DNA of 64,000 nt, from assembly GCF_009914755.1 (NCBI RefSeq), contig NC_060940.1. One strand, 5' to 3'. Below, in pieces: positions 26,101 to 40,100 of the stretch (positions are counted from its first letter, which is position 1; every line of letters begins with the position of its first letter). The stretch comes from the human T2T-CHM13v2.0 reference genome, Homo sapiens. A program made the translations under genes and the position numbers. The notes beneath the pieces are model-generated. The model made no database searches, was not told the origin of the DNA, and saw nothing but the letters and a program-made list of their open reading frames with translations.

Positions 26101-29100
26101 ACATTTACATTCGATTCCATTCGATGATGATTCCCTTTGATTCCGTTCAAAGATGATTCCATTCTAGCCCATTCAATCATTCCATTCGATTCTATTCAAT
26201 GATGATTCCATTCATGTCGATTTGGTGATTCCATTTGACTTCATTTGATGATGATTCCTTTCAAGTTCATTAGATGATTCCATTCGATTCCATTTGATGA
26301 TGATCCCATTCGAGTCCATTCAGTGATTCCACTCGTTTCCATTCCATGATGATTCCATTCCATTCCATTCAATGATTCCATTCGATTCCGTTTGATGATG
26401 ATTTCATTCGAGTCCATTTGATGATTCCATTTGATTCCATTCGATGATGATTCCATTCGAGTCCATTCGATGATTCTATTCGAATCCATTTGATGATTTC
26501 TTTTGATTATAGTTGGTGATGATTCCATTGGAGTCCATTCAATGATTCCATTTGATTCCAATCGATGGTGATTCCATTAGAGTCCATTTAATGATTCCAT
26601 TTGATTCCAGTCTCTGATGATTACATTCGAGTCCATACGATGATTCCACTGAATTCCATATGATGATGATTCCATTCGATTCCATTCGATGATTCCATTC
26701 TATTCTATTCAATGGTGATTCCATTCGAGTACATTAGATGATTCCATTCGATTCCATTCAATGATGATTCTATTTGTGTCCCTTAGATGATTCCACATGA
26801 TTCCATTAGATGATGATACTATTTGAGCCCATCCAATGATTCCCTTCGATTCCATTCGATGAGGATTCCATTCGATTCCATTCGATGATTCCGTTCGATT
26901 GCATTCGATGATTCCATTATATTCCAGTCAACGATGATTCCATTCGAGTCCATTCGATGATTCCTTTAGAGTACATTTAATGATTGCTTTGTTTTCAATT
27001 CGAAGATGATTACATTGGATTCCATTCTATGATACCATTCGATTCCATTCAATGATGATTCCACTCAAATCCATTGGATGATTCCATTCGTGTCCATTCG
27101 GTGATTTCATTAGATTCCATTCGAGGATGATTCCATTCGATTCCATTCGATGATTCCATTCAATTCCATTCGATGATGATTCCATTCCAGTCCATATGAT
27201 CATTCCATTTGATTTCATTCGATGATGATTCCATTCGATTCCATTCGATGATTCCATTCTATTCCATTCGATGATGATTCCATTCGAGTCCATTCGATGA
27301 TTCCATTCGAGTCCATTTAATGATTCCATTGGGTTCAATTCAATGATGATTACATTGGATTCCGTTCTATGATTCCATTCAATTCCGTTCATTGACAATT
27401 TGATTCCATTCGATGATGATTCCATTTGAGTTCATTCGATGATTCTATTCGATTCTCTTCGATGGTGATTCAATTCTATTATATTGGATGATTCCATTCG
27501 ATTCCATTTGATGTTGATTCAATTCGATTCTATTCGATGATGATTCCATTGGATTTCACTTGATGATTCTATTCGATTCCATTCAATGATGATTCACTTC
27601 TCGTCCATTGGATGATTCCATTTCATTCCATTCGATGATGATTCCATTCGATTCCATTCGATGATTCCATTTGATTCCATGCGTCGGTGAGCAATTCGAT
27701 TCAATTCCATGATGATTCTATTTGATTCAATTAGATGATGTTTCCATTCGAATCCATTCCATGATTATTCCATTGGAATCCATTCGGCGATGATTCCATA
27801 TGAGTCAATTCAATGATGATTCCATATGGGTCCGTTCGATGATAATTCCATTTGATTTCATTCGGTGCTTCTATTCAATTCCAGTCGATGATGATTCCGT
27901 TGGAGTCCATACGATGATTCCATTTGATTTCATTTGATGATGATTCCATTCGATGATGATTACATTGGATTCCATTCTATGATTCCATTCAATTCCATTC
28001 GTTGATGATTCGATTCCATTCAATGATGATTCCATTTGAGTTCATTCGATGATTCTATTCGATTCCGTTCGATGGTGATTCAATTCTCTTATATTGGATG
28101 AATCCACTCGATTCCATTTGATGATTATTCCATTGGAGTCCACTTAGTGAATCCTTCAGATTCTACTCGAAGATGATTCCATTCAAGTCCATTCGATGAT
28201 ACCATTCAATTCCATTCGTTGATGCTTCCATTCAAGTGCATTCGATGATATCATTCGATTCCATTTGATGATAATTCCATTTGATTCCATGCGATGATTC
28301 TATTCGATTCCATTCAATGATAATTCCATTCAGTTCAGTGATTCCTCTGGACTCCATTTGATGATGATTCCATTCAATGATTCCATTCGATTCTATTCCA
28401 AAATGATTCCATTTGAATCCATTTGATGATGATTCCATTAGATTCCATTTGGTGATTCCATTCGATTCCATGCGACGATGATTCCATTCGATTCCATGTG
28501 ATGATTCCATTCTATTCTATTCGATGATGATTCCATTCGATTCCATTCGATGATGATTGGATTCGATTCCATTTGATGATTTCATTTGATTCCATTCGTT
28601 AATGATTTCGATCAACTCCATTCGATGATTCCATTCGATTCCATTCGATAATGATTACATCCGTGTCCATTCAGTGATTCCATTTGAGCCCGTTCAATAA
28701 TTCCATTTGAGTCCAACCAATGATTCCATTCATTTCCATTCAATGATTCCATTCGAGTCCATTTGATCATTCCGGTAGGGTCCATTCGATGTTGATTCCA
28801 TTGGAGTGCATTCGATGATTCCATTCGAGTCTATTTTATGATTTGATTCGAGTCCTTTCGATGATTCCATTCGATTCCACTCGATGATGATTTCATTCGA
28901 GTCCATTCGACACTTCCAATCGATTCCATTTGATGTTTCCATTCGAGTCCAATTGATGATTCCATTCAATTCCATTCGATGATGATTCCGTACGATTCCA
29001 TTCTGTGATGATTCCATGTGATTGCATTCAATGATGATTCCTTTAGATTGCATTCGATTGTGATTCATTTCGTCTTCATTCTATGGTTCCACAGGTTTCC

Positions 29101-31762
29101 ATTCATGTCCATTCCATTATTCCATTCTATTCCATTTGATGATGATTCCATTCGATTCCATTCATTGGTGATTCCACTCAATTCCATTCAATGATTCCAT
29201 TCCATTTCTTTCAACAATGATTCCATTAGTTTCTAATCGATGATCCACTTGATTCCATTTGACGACGATTCCATTCTTGTCCATTCGATGATTCCATTTG
29301 ATTCCATATGATGATGATTCCATTCGATTCCATACCATGATGATTCCATTCGAGTCCATTCAATGGTGATTCCATTCAATTCCATTCGATGATTCCTTTC
29401 GATTCCATTCGATGATGATGGCATTCGATTCCTTTCAATCATTCCCTTTGATTCCATTCAAAGGTGATTTCATTCAAGTCCATTCGATAATTGCATTCGA
29501 TTCCATTCTATGATGATTCCATTCGAGTCCATTTGATGATTCCATTCAATTCAAGTCAATGATGATTCCATTCGATTCCATTCGATGATTCCATTGGATT
29601 CCATTCGATGATGATTCCATTCAAATCCATTCGATAATTCAATTCAAGTCCATTCGATGATGATTAAAATCGAATCCATTCAAAGATTCCATTCAGTTCC
29701 ATTCGATGATTCCCTTAGATTCTATTCGATGATTCCACTTGATTCCATTTACGATGATTCCATTCGATTCCATGTGATGATTCCATTCAATTCTATTCAA
29801 TGCTGTTTCCATTTGATTCCATTCGACCATGATTGCCTTTGATTCCATTCAATGACTCCATTCGGTTCCCTTTGATGATGATTCCGTTCGATTCCATTTC
29901 ATTATTCCATTTGATTCCATTGGATGAGTCCATTCGATTACATTCGATGATTATTCCATTCGAGTGCATTAGATGATTCCATTCGAGTCCATTCGATGAT
30001 TCCATTCGATGTTGATTCTGTTCAAATCCATTCGATGATTCCACTCGATTCCATTCGATGACTCCAGTTGATCCCATTCGATGATTTCCTTTGATTCCCT
30101 TTGATGATCATTCCATTTGATTCAATTCGGTGATTTCATTTGATTCCATTCAGTGATGTTTCCATTCGACTCCATTCGATGATGATTCCATTCGACTCCA
30201 TTCGATTATGATTTCATTCAATTCCATTCGATAATGATTCCCTTCGAGTCCATTCGATGATTCCATTCGATTCCATTCAACGATGATTTGATTCGTGTCC
30301 ATTCGATGATTCCATTTGATTCCACTTGATGATGATTCCATTCGAGTCCATTTGATGATTCCATTCAATTCCATTCTCCGATGATTTCTTTTGAGCCCAT
30401 TCAATGCTTCCACTCGATTCCATATGATGATGACTCCATTCGATGAAATTCGATGATGATTCCATTCGCTTGCATTCGATGATGATTCCACTTGAGTCCA
30501 TTAGAAGATTCTATTCAATTACATTCCATGACGATTCCGTTCGAGTCCATTTGATGATTCCATTAGACTCCATTCGATGATGATTCCATTCGATGTTATT
30601 CGATGATTCCATTCGATCTCATTCGATGATGATTCCATTCAACTCCATTCGATGTTTCCATTCGAGTTCATTCTATTATTCCATTAGATTCCATTCGATG
30701 ATGATTCCATTCGATTCCATTTGATGATTGCATTCTATTTCATTTGATGATGATTCCATTCGAGTCCACTCGATGATTCCATTCGAGTCCATTTAATGAA
30801 TCCATTGGTTTCAATTCTATGATGATTACATTGGATTACATTCGTTGATGATTTCATTCGGATCCATTCAATGATGATTCCATTCAATTCCTTTCAATGT
30901 TTCCATTCAATTCCATACGATGATGATTCCATTTGATTTGATTCGACAGTGAGCCATTCGATTCAATTCCATGATGATTCTATTTGATTCAATTGGTTGA
31001 CATTTACATTCGATTCCATTCGATGATGATTCCCTTTGATTCCGTTCAAAGATGATTCCATTCTAGCCCATTCAATCATTCCATTCGATTCTATTCAATG
31101 ATGATTCCATTCATGTCGATTTGGTGATTCCATTTGACTTCATTTGATGATGATTCCTTTCAAGTTCATTAGATGATTCCATTCGATTCCATTTGATGAT
31201 GATCCCATTCGAGTCCATTCAGTGATTCCACTCGTTTCCATTCCATGATGATTCCATTCCATTCCATTCAATGATTCCATTCGATTCCGTTTGATGATGA
31301 TTTCATTCGAGTCCATTTGATGATTCCATTTGATTCCATTCGATGATGATTCCATTCGAGTCCATTCGATGATTCTATTCGAATCCATTTGATGATTTCT
31401 TTTGATTATAGTTGGTGATGATTCCATTGGAGTCCATTCAATGATTCCATTTGATTCCAATCGATGGTGATTCCATTAGAGTCCATTTAATGATTCCATT
31501 TGATTCCAGTCTCTGATGATTACATTCGAGTCCATACGATGATTCCACTGAATTCCATATGATGATGATTCCATTCGATTCCATTCGATGATTCCATTCT
31601 ATTCTATTCAATGGTGATTCCATTCGAGTACATTAGATGATTCCATTCGATTCCATTCAATGATGATTCTATTTGTGTCCCTTAGATGATTCCACATGAT
31701 TCCATTAGATGATGATACTATTTGAGCCCATCCAATGATTCCCTTCGATTCCATTCGATGAG
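21965..31762 (+). repeat. Recent tandem duplication, 2 x 4,899 bp (21965-26863 and 26864-31762)
   Basis: All ORFs from 22128 to 26724 recur at +4899 with identical translations. Private variants are shared: GGATCC at 25961/30860, GAATTC at 26651/31550, and a 10-bp deletion near 25100/30000. Confidence 0.9.
23198..28096 (+). repeat. Unit 5: truncated 4,899-bp unit spanning the duplication junction
   Basis: Landmark spacing 23333 to 28232. It lacks ~1.2 kb of the standard unit, including the CCCTTAGAGTAAACTC landmark. The junction lies at 26864-26878. Confidence 0.87.
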
Positions 31763-34198
31763 GATTCCATTCGATTCAATTCATTGGTGATTCTATTCAA
31801 TTCAATTCTTTGATTCCATTCCATTCCATTCGACAATGATTCCATTCGATTTCTTTCGATGATTCCACTCGATTCCACTTGACATTGATTCCATTCGATT
31901 CCATTCAATGATTCCATTTGATTCCAGTGGATGATGATTGCCATCGATTCCATTCGATCACTCCATTCTATTCCATTTGATGATGATTACATTCGATTCC
32001 ATTTGACGACTCCATCTGATTCTATTCGAGGATTCCATTTGATTCCATTCGATGATGATTCCATTCGAGTCCATTCGATGATTTCATTCGAGTACATCCA
32101 ATGATTCCATTCGAGTCCATTTGATGATTCCATTTGATTCCATTTGATAATGATTCTACTAGAGTCCATTCAATGACTCCATTCGTGTCCATTCAACAAT
32201 TCCATTCGACTCCATTTGATGATTCCATTCGATTCCATTTGATGGTTCCATTCGAGTCCATTTAATCATTACAGTCGAGTCCATTTGGTGATTCCACCGG
32301 ATTTCTTTTGATAATGATACCATACAATTAAATTTGATGATGATCCCATTCAATTTCATTTGATGATGATTCCATTAGAGTCCATTCGATGATTTCATTC
32401 GAGTCCCTTCACTGATTCCATCCGATTTCATTGGATGATGACTCCATTCGAGTCCATTCGATGATTCCACTCGATTCCATTAGATGATTCCATTGGAGTC
32501 CATTTGATTGTTCCATTCGATTCCATTCGATTCCTTTCGAAGATTATTCCATTTGAGTCCATTCGATGATGATTCCATTCCATTCCATTCGATGATTCCG
32601 TTTGATTCCATTCAATGATTCCCTTCGATTCCTCTCTTTGATGATTCCATTCCATTCCATTCAATGATTCCATTCGAATCTATTCCATGATGATTCCTTT
32701 CGATTCCATTCGCTGATGTTTCCGTTCAATTCCATTCGATGATGATTCCATTCGATTCCATTCATTGAGGATTCCATTTGATTCCATTAAATGATGATTC
32801 CGTTCTATTCCATTCAATGATTGCATTCAATTCCATTCAATGATTATCCCCTTAGAGTAAACTCAACGATTCCATTCAATACCATTCGATGATGATTCCT
32901 TTTGAGTCCATTCAATGATTTCATTCAAGTCCATTTGATGATTCCTTTCAATTCCATTCTATGATGATTCCATTCGAGTCCATTCGATGATTCCATTTGA
33001 TTGCATTCGATTATTCCATTACATTCCAGTCAACGATGATTCCATTCGAGTCCATTCGATGATTCCATTAGAGTACATTTAATGATTGATTTGTTTTCAA
33101 TTCGAAGATGATTACATTGGATTCCATTCTATGATACCATTCGATTCCATTCAATGATGATTCCACTCAAATCCATTGGATGATTCCATTCGTGTCCATT
33201 CGGTGATTTCATTAGATTCCATTCGAGGATGATTCCATTCGATTCCATTCGATGATTCCATTCAATTCCATTCGATGATGATTCCATTCCAGTCCATATG
33301 ATCATTCCATTTGATTTCATTCGATGATGATTCCATTCGATTCCATTCGATGATTCCATTCTATTCCATTCGATGATGATTCCATTCGAGTCCATTCGAT
33401 GATTGCATTCGAGTCCATTTAATGATTCCATTGGGTTCAATTCAATGATGATTACATTGGATTCCGTTCTATGATTCCATTCAATTCCGTTCATTGACAA
33501 TTTGATTCCATTCGATGATGATTCCATTTGAGTTCATTCGATGATTCTATTCGATTCTCTTCGATGGTGATTCAATTCTATTATATTGGATGATTCCATT
33601 CGATTCCATTTGATGTTGATTCAATTCGATTCTATTCGATGATGATTCCACTGGATTTCACTTGATGATTCTATTCGATTCCATTCAATGATGATTCACT
33701 TCTCGTCCATTGGATGATTCCATTTCATTCCATTCGATGATGATTCCATTCGATTCCATTCGATGATTCCATTTGATTCCATGCGACGGTGAGCAATTCG
33801 ATTCAATTCCATGATGATTGTATTTGATTCAATTAGATGATGTTTCCATTCGAATCCATTCCATGATTATTCCATTGGAATCCATTCGGCGATGATTAAA
33901 TATGAGTCAATTCAATGATGATTCCATATGGGTACGTTCGATGATAATTCCATTTGATTTCATTCGATGCTTCTATTCAATTCCAGTTGATGATGATTCC
34001 GTTGGAGTCCATACGATGATTCCATTTGATTTCATTTGATGATGATTCCATTCGATGATGATTACATTGGATTCCATTCTATGATTCCATTCAATTCCAT
34101 TCGTTGATGATTCGATTCCATTAAATGATGATTCCATTTGAGTTCATTCGATGATTCTATTCGATTCCGTTCGATGGTGATTCAATTCTCTTATATTG
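28097..34198 (+). repeat. Unit 6: 6,102 bp = 6,112 - 10
   Basis: Landmark spacing 28232 to 34334. One ATTCCATTCG decamer is missing near 30000. Confidence 0.86.
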
Positions 34199-37100
34199 GA
34201 TGATTCCACTCGATTCCATTTGATGATTATTCCATTGGAGTCCACTTAGTGAATCCTTTAGATTCTACTCGAAGATGATTCCATTCGAGTCCATTCAATG
34301 ATACCATTCAATTTCATTCGTTGATGCTTCCATTCAAGTGCATTCGATGATATCATTCGATTCCATTTGGTGATAATTCCATTTGATTCCATGCGATGAT
34401 TCTATTCGATTCCATTCAATGATAATTCCATTCAATTCAGTGATTCCTCTGGACTCCATTTGATGATGATTCCATTCAATGATTCCATTCGATTCTATTC
34501 CAAAATGATTCCATTTGAATCCATTTGATGATGATTCCATTAGATTCCATTTGATGATTCCATTCGATTCCATTTGACGATGATTCCATTCGATTCCATT
34601 TGATGATTCCATTCTATTCTATTCGATGATGATTCCATTCGATTCCATTTGATGATGATTGGATTCGATTCCATTTGATGATTTCATTTGATTCCATTCG
34701 TTAATGATTTCGATCAACTCCATTCGATGATTCCATTTGATTCCATTCGATAATGATTACATCCGAGTCCTTTCGATGATTCCATTTGAGCCTGTTCGAT
34801 AATTCCATTTGAGTCCAATCAATGATTCCATTCATTTCCATTCAATGATTCCATTCGAGTCCATTTGATCATTCTGGTAGGGTCCGTTCGATGTTGATTC
34901 CATTGGAGTGCATTCGATGATTCCATTCGAGTCCATTTTATGATTTGATTCGAGTCCTTTCGATGATTCCATTCGATTCCACTCGATGATGATTTCATTC
35001 GAGTCCATTCGACACTTCCAATCGATTCCATTTGATGTTTCCATTCGAGTCCAATTGATGATTCCATTCAATTCCATTCGATGATGATTCCGTACGATTC
35101 CATTCTGTGATGATTCCATGTGATTGCATTCAATGATGATTCCTTTCGATTGCATTCGATTATGATTCATTTCGTGTTCATTCTATGGTTCCACAGGTTT
35201 CCATTCGATGACGTTTCCGTTCGTGTCCATTCCATTATTCCATTCTATTTCATTTGATGATGATTCCATTCGATTCCATTCATTGGTGATTCCACTCAAT
35301 TCCATTCAATGATTCCATTCCATTTCTTTCAACAATGATTCCATTAGTTTCTAATCGATGATCCACTTGATTCCATTTGACGACGATTCCATTCTTGTCC
35401 ATTCGATGATTCCATTTGATTCCATATGATGATGATTCCATTCGATTCCATACGATGATGATTCCATTCGAGTCCATTCAATGGTGATTCCATTCAATTC
35501 CATTCGATGATTCCTTTCGATTCCATTCGATGATGATGGCATTCGATTCCTTTCAATCATTCCCTTTGATTCCATTCAAAGTTGATTTCATTCAAGTCCA
35601 TTCGATAATTGCATTCGATTCCATTCTATGATGATTCCATTCGAGTCCATTTGATGATTCCATTCAATTCAAGTCAATGATGATTCCATTCGATTCCATT
35701 CGATGATTCCATTGGATTCCATTCGATGATGATTCCATTCAAATCCATTCGATAATTCAATTCAAGTCCATTCGATGATGATTAAAATCGAATCCATTCA
35801 AAGATTCCATTCAGTTCCATTCGATGATTCCCTTAGATTCCATTCGATGATTCCACTTGATTTCATTTACGATGATTCCATTCGATTCCATGTGATGATT
35901 CCATTCAATTCTATTCAATGCTGTTTCCATTTGATTCCATTCGACCATGATTGCCTTTGATTCCATTCAATGACTCCATTCGGTTCCTTTTGATGATGAT
36001 TCCGTTCGATTCCATTTCATTATTCCATTTGATTCCATTGGATGAGTCCATTCGATTACATTCGATGATTATTCCATTCGAGTGCATTAGATGATTCCAT
36101 TCGAGTCCATTCGATGATTCCATTCGATTCCATTCGATGTTGATTCTGTTCAAATCCATTCGATGATTCCACTCGATTCCATTCGATGACTCCAGTTGAT
36201 CCCATTCGATGATTTCCTTTGATTCCCTTTGATGATCATTCCATTTGATTCAATTCGGTGATTTCATTTGATTCCATTCAGTGATGTTTCCATTCGACTC
36301 CATTCGATGATGATTCCATTCGACTCCATTCGATTATGATTTCATTCAATTCCATTCGATAATGATTCCCTTTGAGTCCATTCGATGATTCCATTCGATT
36401 CCATTCAACGATGATTTGATTCGTGTCCATTCGATGATTCCATTTGATTCCACTTGATGATGATTCCATTCGAGTCCATTTGATGATTCCATTCAATTCC
36501 ATTCTCCGATGATTTCTTTTGAGCCCACTCAATGCTTCCACTCGATTCCATATGATGATGACTCCATTCGATGAAATTCGATGATGATTCCATTCGCTTG
36601 CATTCGATGATGATTCCACTTGAGTCCATTAGAAGATTCTATTCAATTACATTCCATGACGATTCCGTTCGAGTCCATTTGATGATTCCATTAGACTCCA
36701 TTCGACGATGATTCCATTCGATGTTATTCGATGATTCCATTCGATCTCATTCGATGATGATTCCATTCAACTCCATTCGATGTTTCCATTCGAGTTCATT
36801 CTATTATTCCATTAGATTCCATTCGATGATGATTCCATTCGATTCCATTTGATGATTGCATTCTATTTCATTTGATGATGATTCCATTCGAGTCCACTCG
36901 ATGATTCCATTCGAGTCCATTTAATGAATCCATTGGTTTCAATTCTATGATGATTACATTGGATTCCATTCGTTGATGATTTCATTCGGTTCCATTCAAT
37001 GATGATTCCATTCAATTCCTTTCAATGTTTCCATTCAATTCCATACGATGATGATTCCATTTGATTTGATTCGACAGGGAGCCATTCGATTCAATTCCAT

Positions 37101-40100
37101 GATGATTCTATTTGATTCCATTGGTTGACATTTCCATTCGATTCCATTCGATGATGATTCCCTTTGATTCCATTCAAAGATGATTCCATTCTAGCCCATT
37201 CAATCATTCCATTCGATTCTATTCAATGATGATTCCATTCATGTCGATTTGGTGATTCCATTTGACTTCATTTGATGATGATTCCTTTCAAGTTCATTAG
37301 ATGATTCCATTCGATTCCATTTGATGATGATCCCATTCGAGTCCATTCAGTGATTCCACTCGTTTCCATTCCATGATGATTCCATTCCATTCCATTCAAT
37401 GATTCCATTCGATTCCGTTTGATGATGATTTCATTCGAGTCCATTTGATGATTCCACTTGATTCCATTCGATGATGATTCCATTCGAGTCCATTCGATGA
37501 TTCTATTCGAATCCATTTGATGATTTCTTTTGATTATAGTTGGTGATGATTCCATTGGAGTCCATTCAATGATTCCATTTGATTCCAGTCTCTGATGATT
37601 ACATTCGAGTCCATACGATGATTCCACTCAATTCCATATGATGATGATTCCATTCGATTCCATTCGGTGATTCCATTCTATTCTATTCAATGGTGATTCC
37701 ATTCGAGTACATTAGATGATTCCATTCGATTCCATTCAATGATGATTCTATTTGTGTCCCTTAGATGATTCCACATGATTCCATTAGATGATGATACTAT
37801 TTGAGCCCATCCAATGATACCCTTCGATATCATTCGATGAGGATTCCATTCGATTCAATTCATTGGTGATTCTATTCAATTCAATTCTTTGATTCCATTC
37901 CATTCCATTCGACAATGATTCCATTCGATTTCTTTCGATGATTCCACTCGATTCCACTTGACATTGATTCCCTTCGATTCCATTCAATGATTCCATTTGA
38001 TTCCAGTGGATGATGATTGCCATCGATTCCATTCGATCACTCCATTCTATTCCATTTGATGATGATTACATTCGATTCCATTTGACGATTCCATCTGATT
38101 CTATTCGAGGATTCCATTTGATTCCATTCGATGATGATTCCATTCGAGTCCATTCGATGATTTCATTCGAGTACATCCAATGATTCCATTCGAGTCCATT
38201 TGATGATTCCATTTGATTCCATTTGATAATGATTCTACTAGAGTCCATTCAATGACTCCATTCGAGTCCATTCAACAATTCCATTCGACTCCATTTGATG
38301 ATTCCATTGGATTCCATTTGATGATTCCATTCGAGTCCATTTAATCATTACAGTCGAGTCCATTTGGTGATTCCACCGGATTTCTTTTGATAATGATACC
38401 ATTCAATTACATTTGATGATGATCCCATTCAATTTCATTTGATGATGATTCCATTAGAGTCCATTCGATGATTTCATTCGAGTCCCTTCATTGATTCCAT
38501 CCGATTTCATTGGATGATGACTCCATTCGAGTCCATTCGATGATTCCACTCGATTCCATTAGATGATTCCATTGGAGTCCATTTGATTGTTCCATTCGAT
38601 TCCATTCGATTCCTTTCGAAGATTATTCCATTTGAGTCCATTCGATGATGATTCCATTCCATTCCATTCGATGATTCCGTTTGATTCCATTCGATGATTC
38701 CCTTCGATTCCTTTCTTTGATGATTCCATTCCATTCCATTCAATGATTCCATTCGAATCTATTCCATGATGATTCCTTTCGATTCCATTCGCTGATGTTT
38801 CCGTTCAATTCCATTCGATGATGATTCCATTCGATTCCATTCATTGAGGATTCCATTTGATTCCATTCAATGATGATTCCGTTCTATTCCATTCAATGAT
38901 TGCATTCAATTCCATTCAATGATTATCCCCTTAGAGTAAACTCAACGATTCCATTCAATACCATTCGATGATGATTCCTTTTGAGTCCATTCAATGATTT
39001 CATTCAAGTCCATTTGATGATTCCTTTCAATTCCATTCTATGATGATTCCATTCGAGTCCATTCGATGATTCCATTCGATTGCATTCGATTATTCCATTA
39101 TATTCCAGTCAACGATGATTCCATTCGAGTCCATTCGATGATTCCATTAGAGTACATTTAATGATTGCTTTGTTTTCAATTCGAAGATGATTACATTGGA
39201 TTCCATTCTATGATACCATTCGATTCCATTCAATGATGATTCTACTCAAATCCATTGGATGATTCCATTCGTGTCCATTCGGTGATTTCATTAGATTCCA
39301 TTCGAGGATGATTCCATTCGATTCCATTCGATGATTCCATTCAATTCCATTCGAGGATGATTCCATTCCAGTCCATATGATCATTCCATTTGATTTCATT
39401 CGATGATGATTCCATTCGATTCCATTCGATGATTCCATTCTATTCCATTCGATGATGATTCCATTCGAGTCCATTCGATGATTGCATTCGAGTCCATTTA
39501 ATGATTCCATTGGGTTCAATTCAATGATGATTACATTGGATTCCGTTCTATGATTCCATTCAATTCCGTTCATTGACAATTTGATTCCATTCGATGATGA
39601 TTCCATTTGAGTTCATTCGATGATTCTATTCGATTCTCTTCGATGGTGATTCAATTCTATTATATTGGATGATTCCATTCGATTCCATTTGATGTTGATT
39701 CAATTCGATTCTATTCGATGATGATTCCACTGGATTTCACTTGATGATTCTATTCGATTCCATTCAATGATGATTCACTTCTCGTCCATTGGATGATTCC
39801 ATTTCATTCCATTCGATGATGATTCCATTCGATTCCATTCGATGATTCCATTTGATTCCATGCGACGGTGAGCAATTCGATTCAATTCCATGATGATTGT
39901 ATTTGATTCAATTAGATGATGTTTCCATTCGAATCCATTCCATGATTATTCCATTGGAATCCATTCGGCGATGATTAAATATGAGTCAATTCAATGATGA
40001 TTCCATATGGGTACGTTCGATGATAATTCCATTTGATTTCATTCGATGCTTCTATTCAATTCCAGTTGATGATGATTCCGTTGGAGTCCATACGATGATT

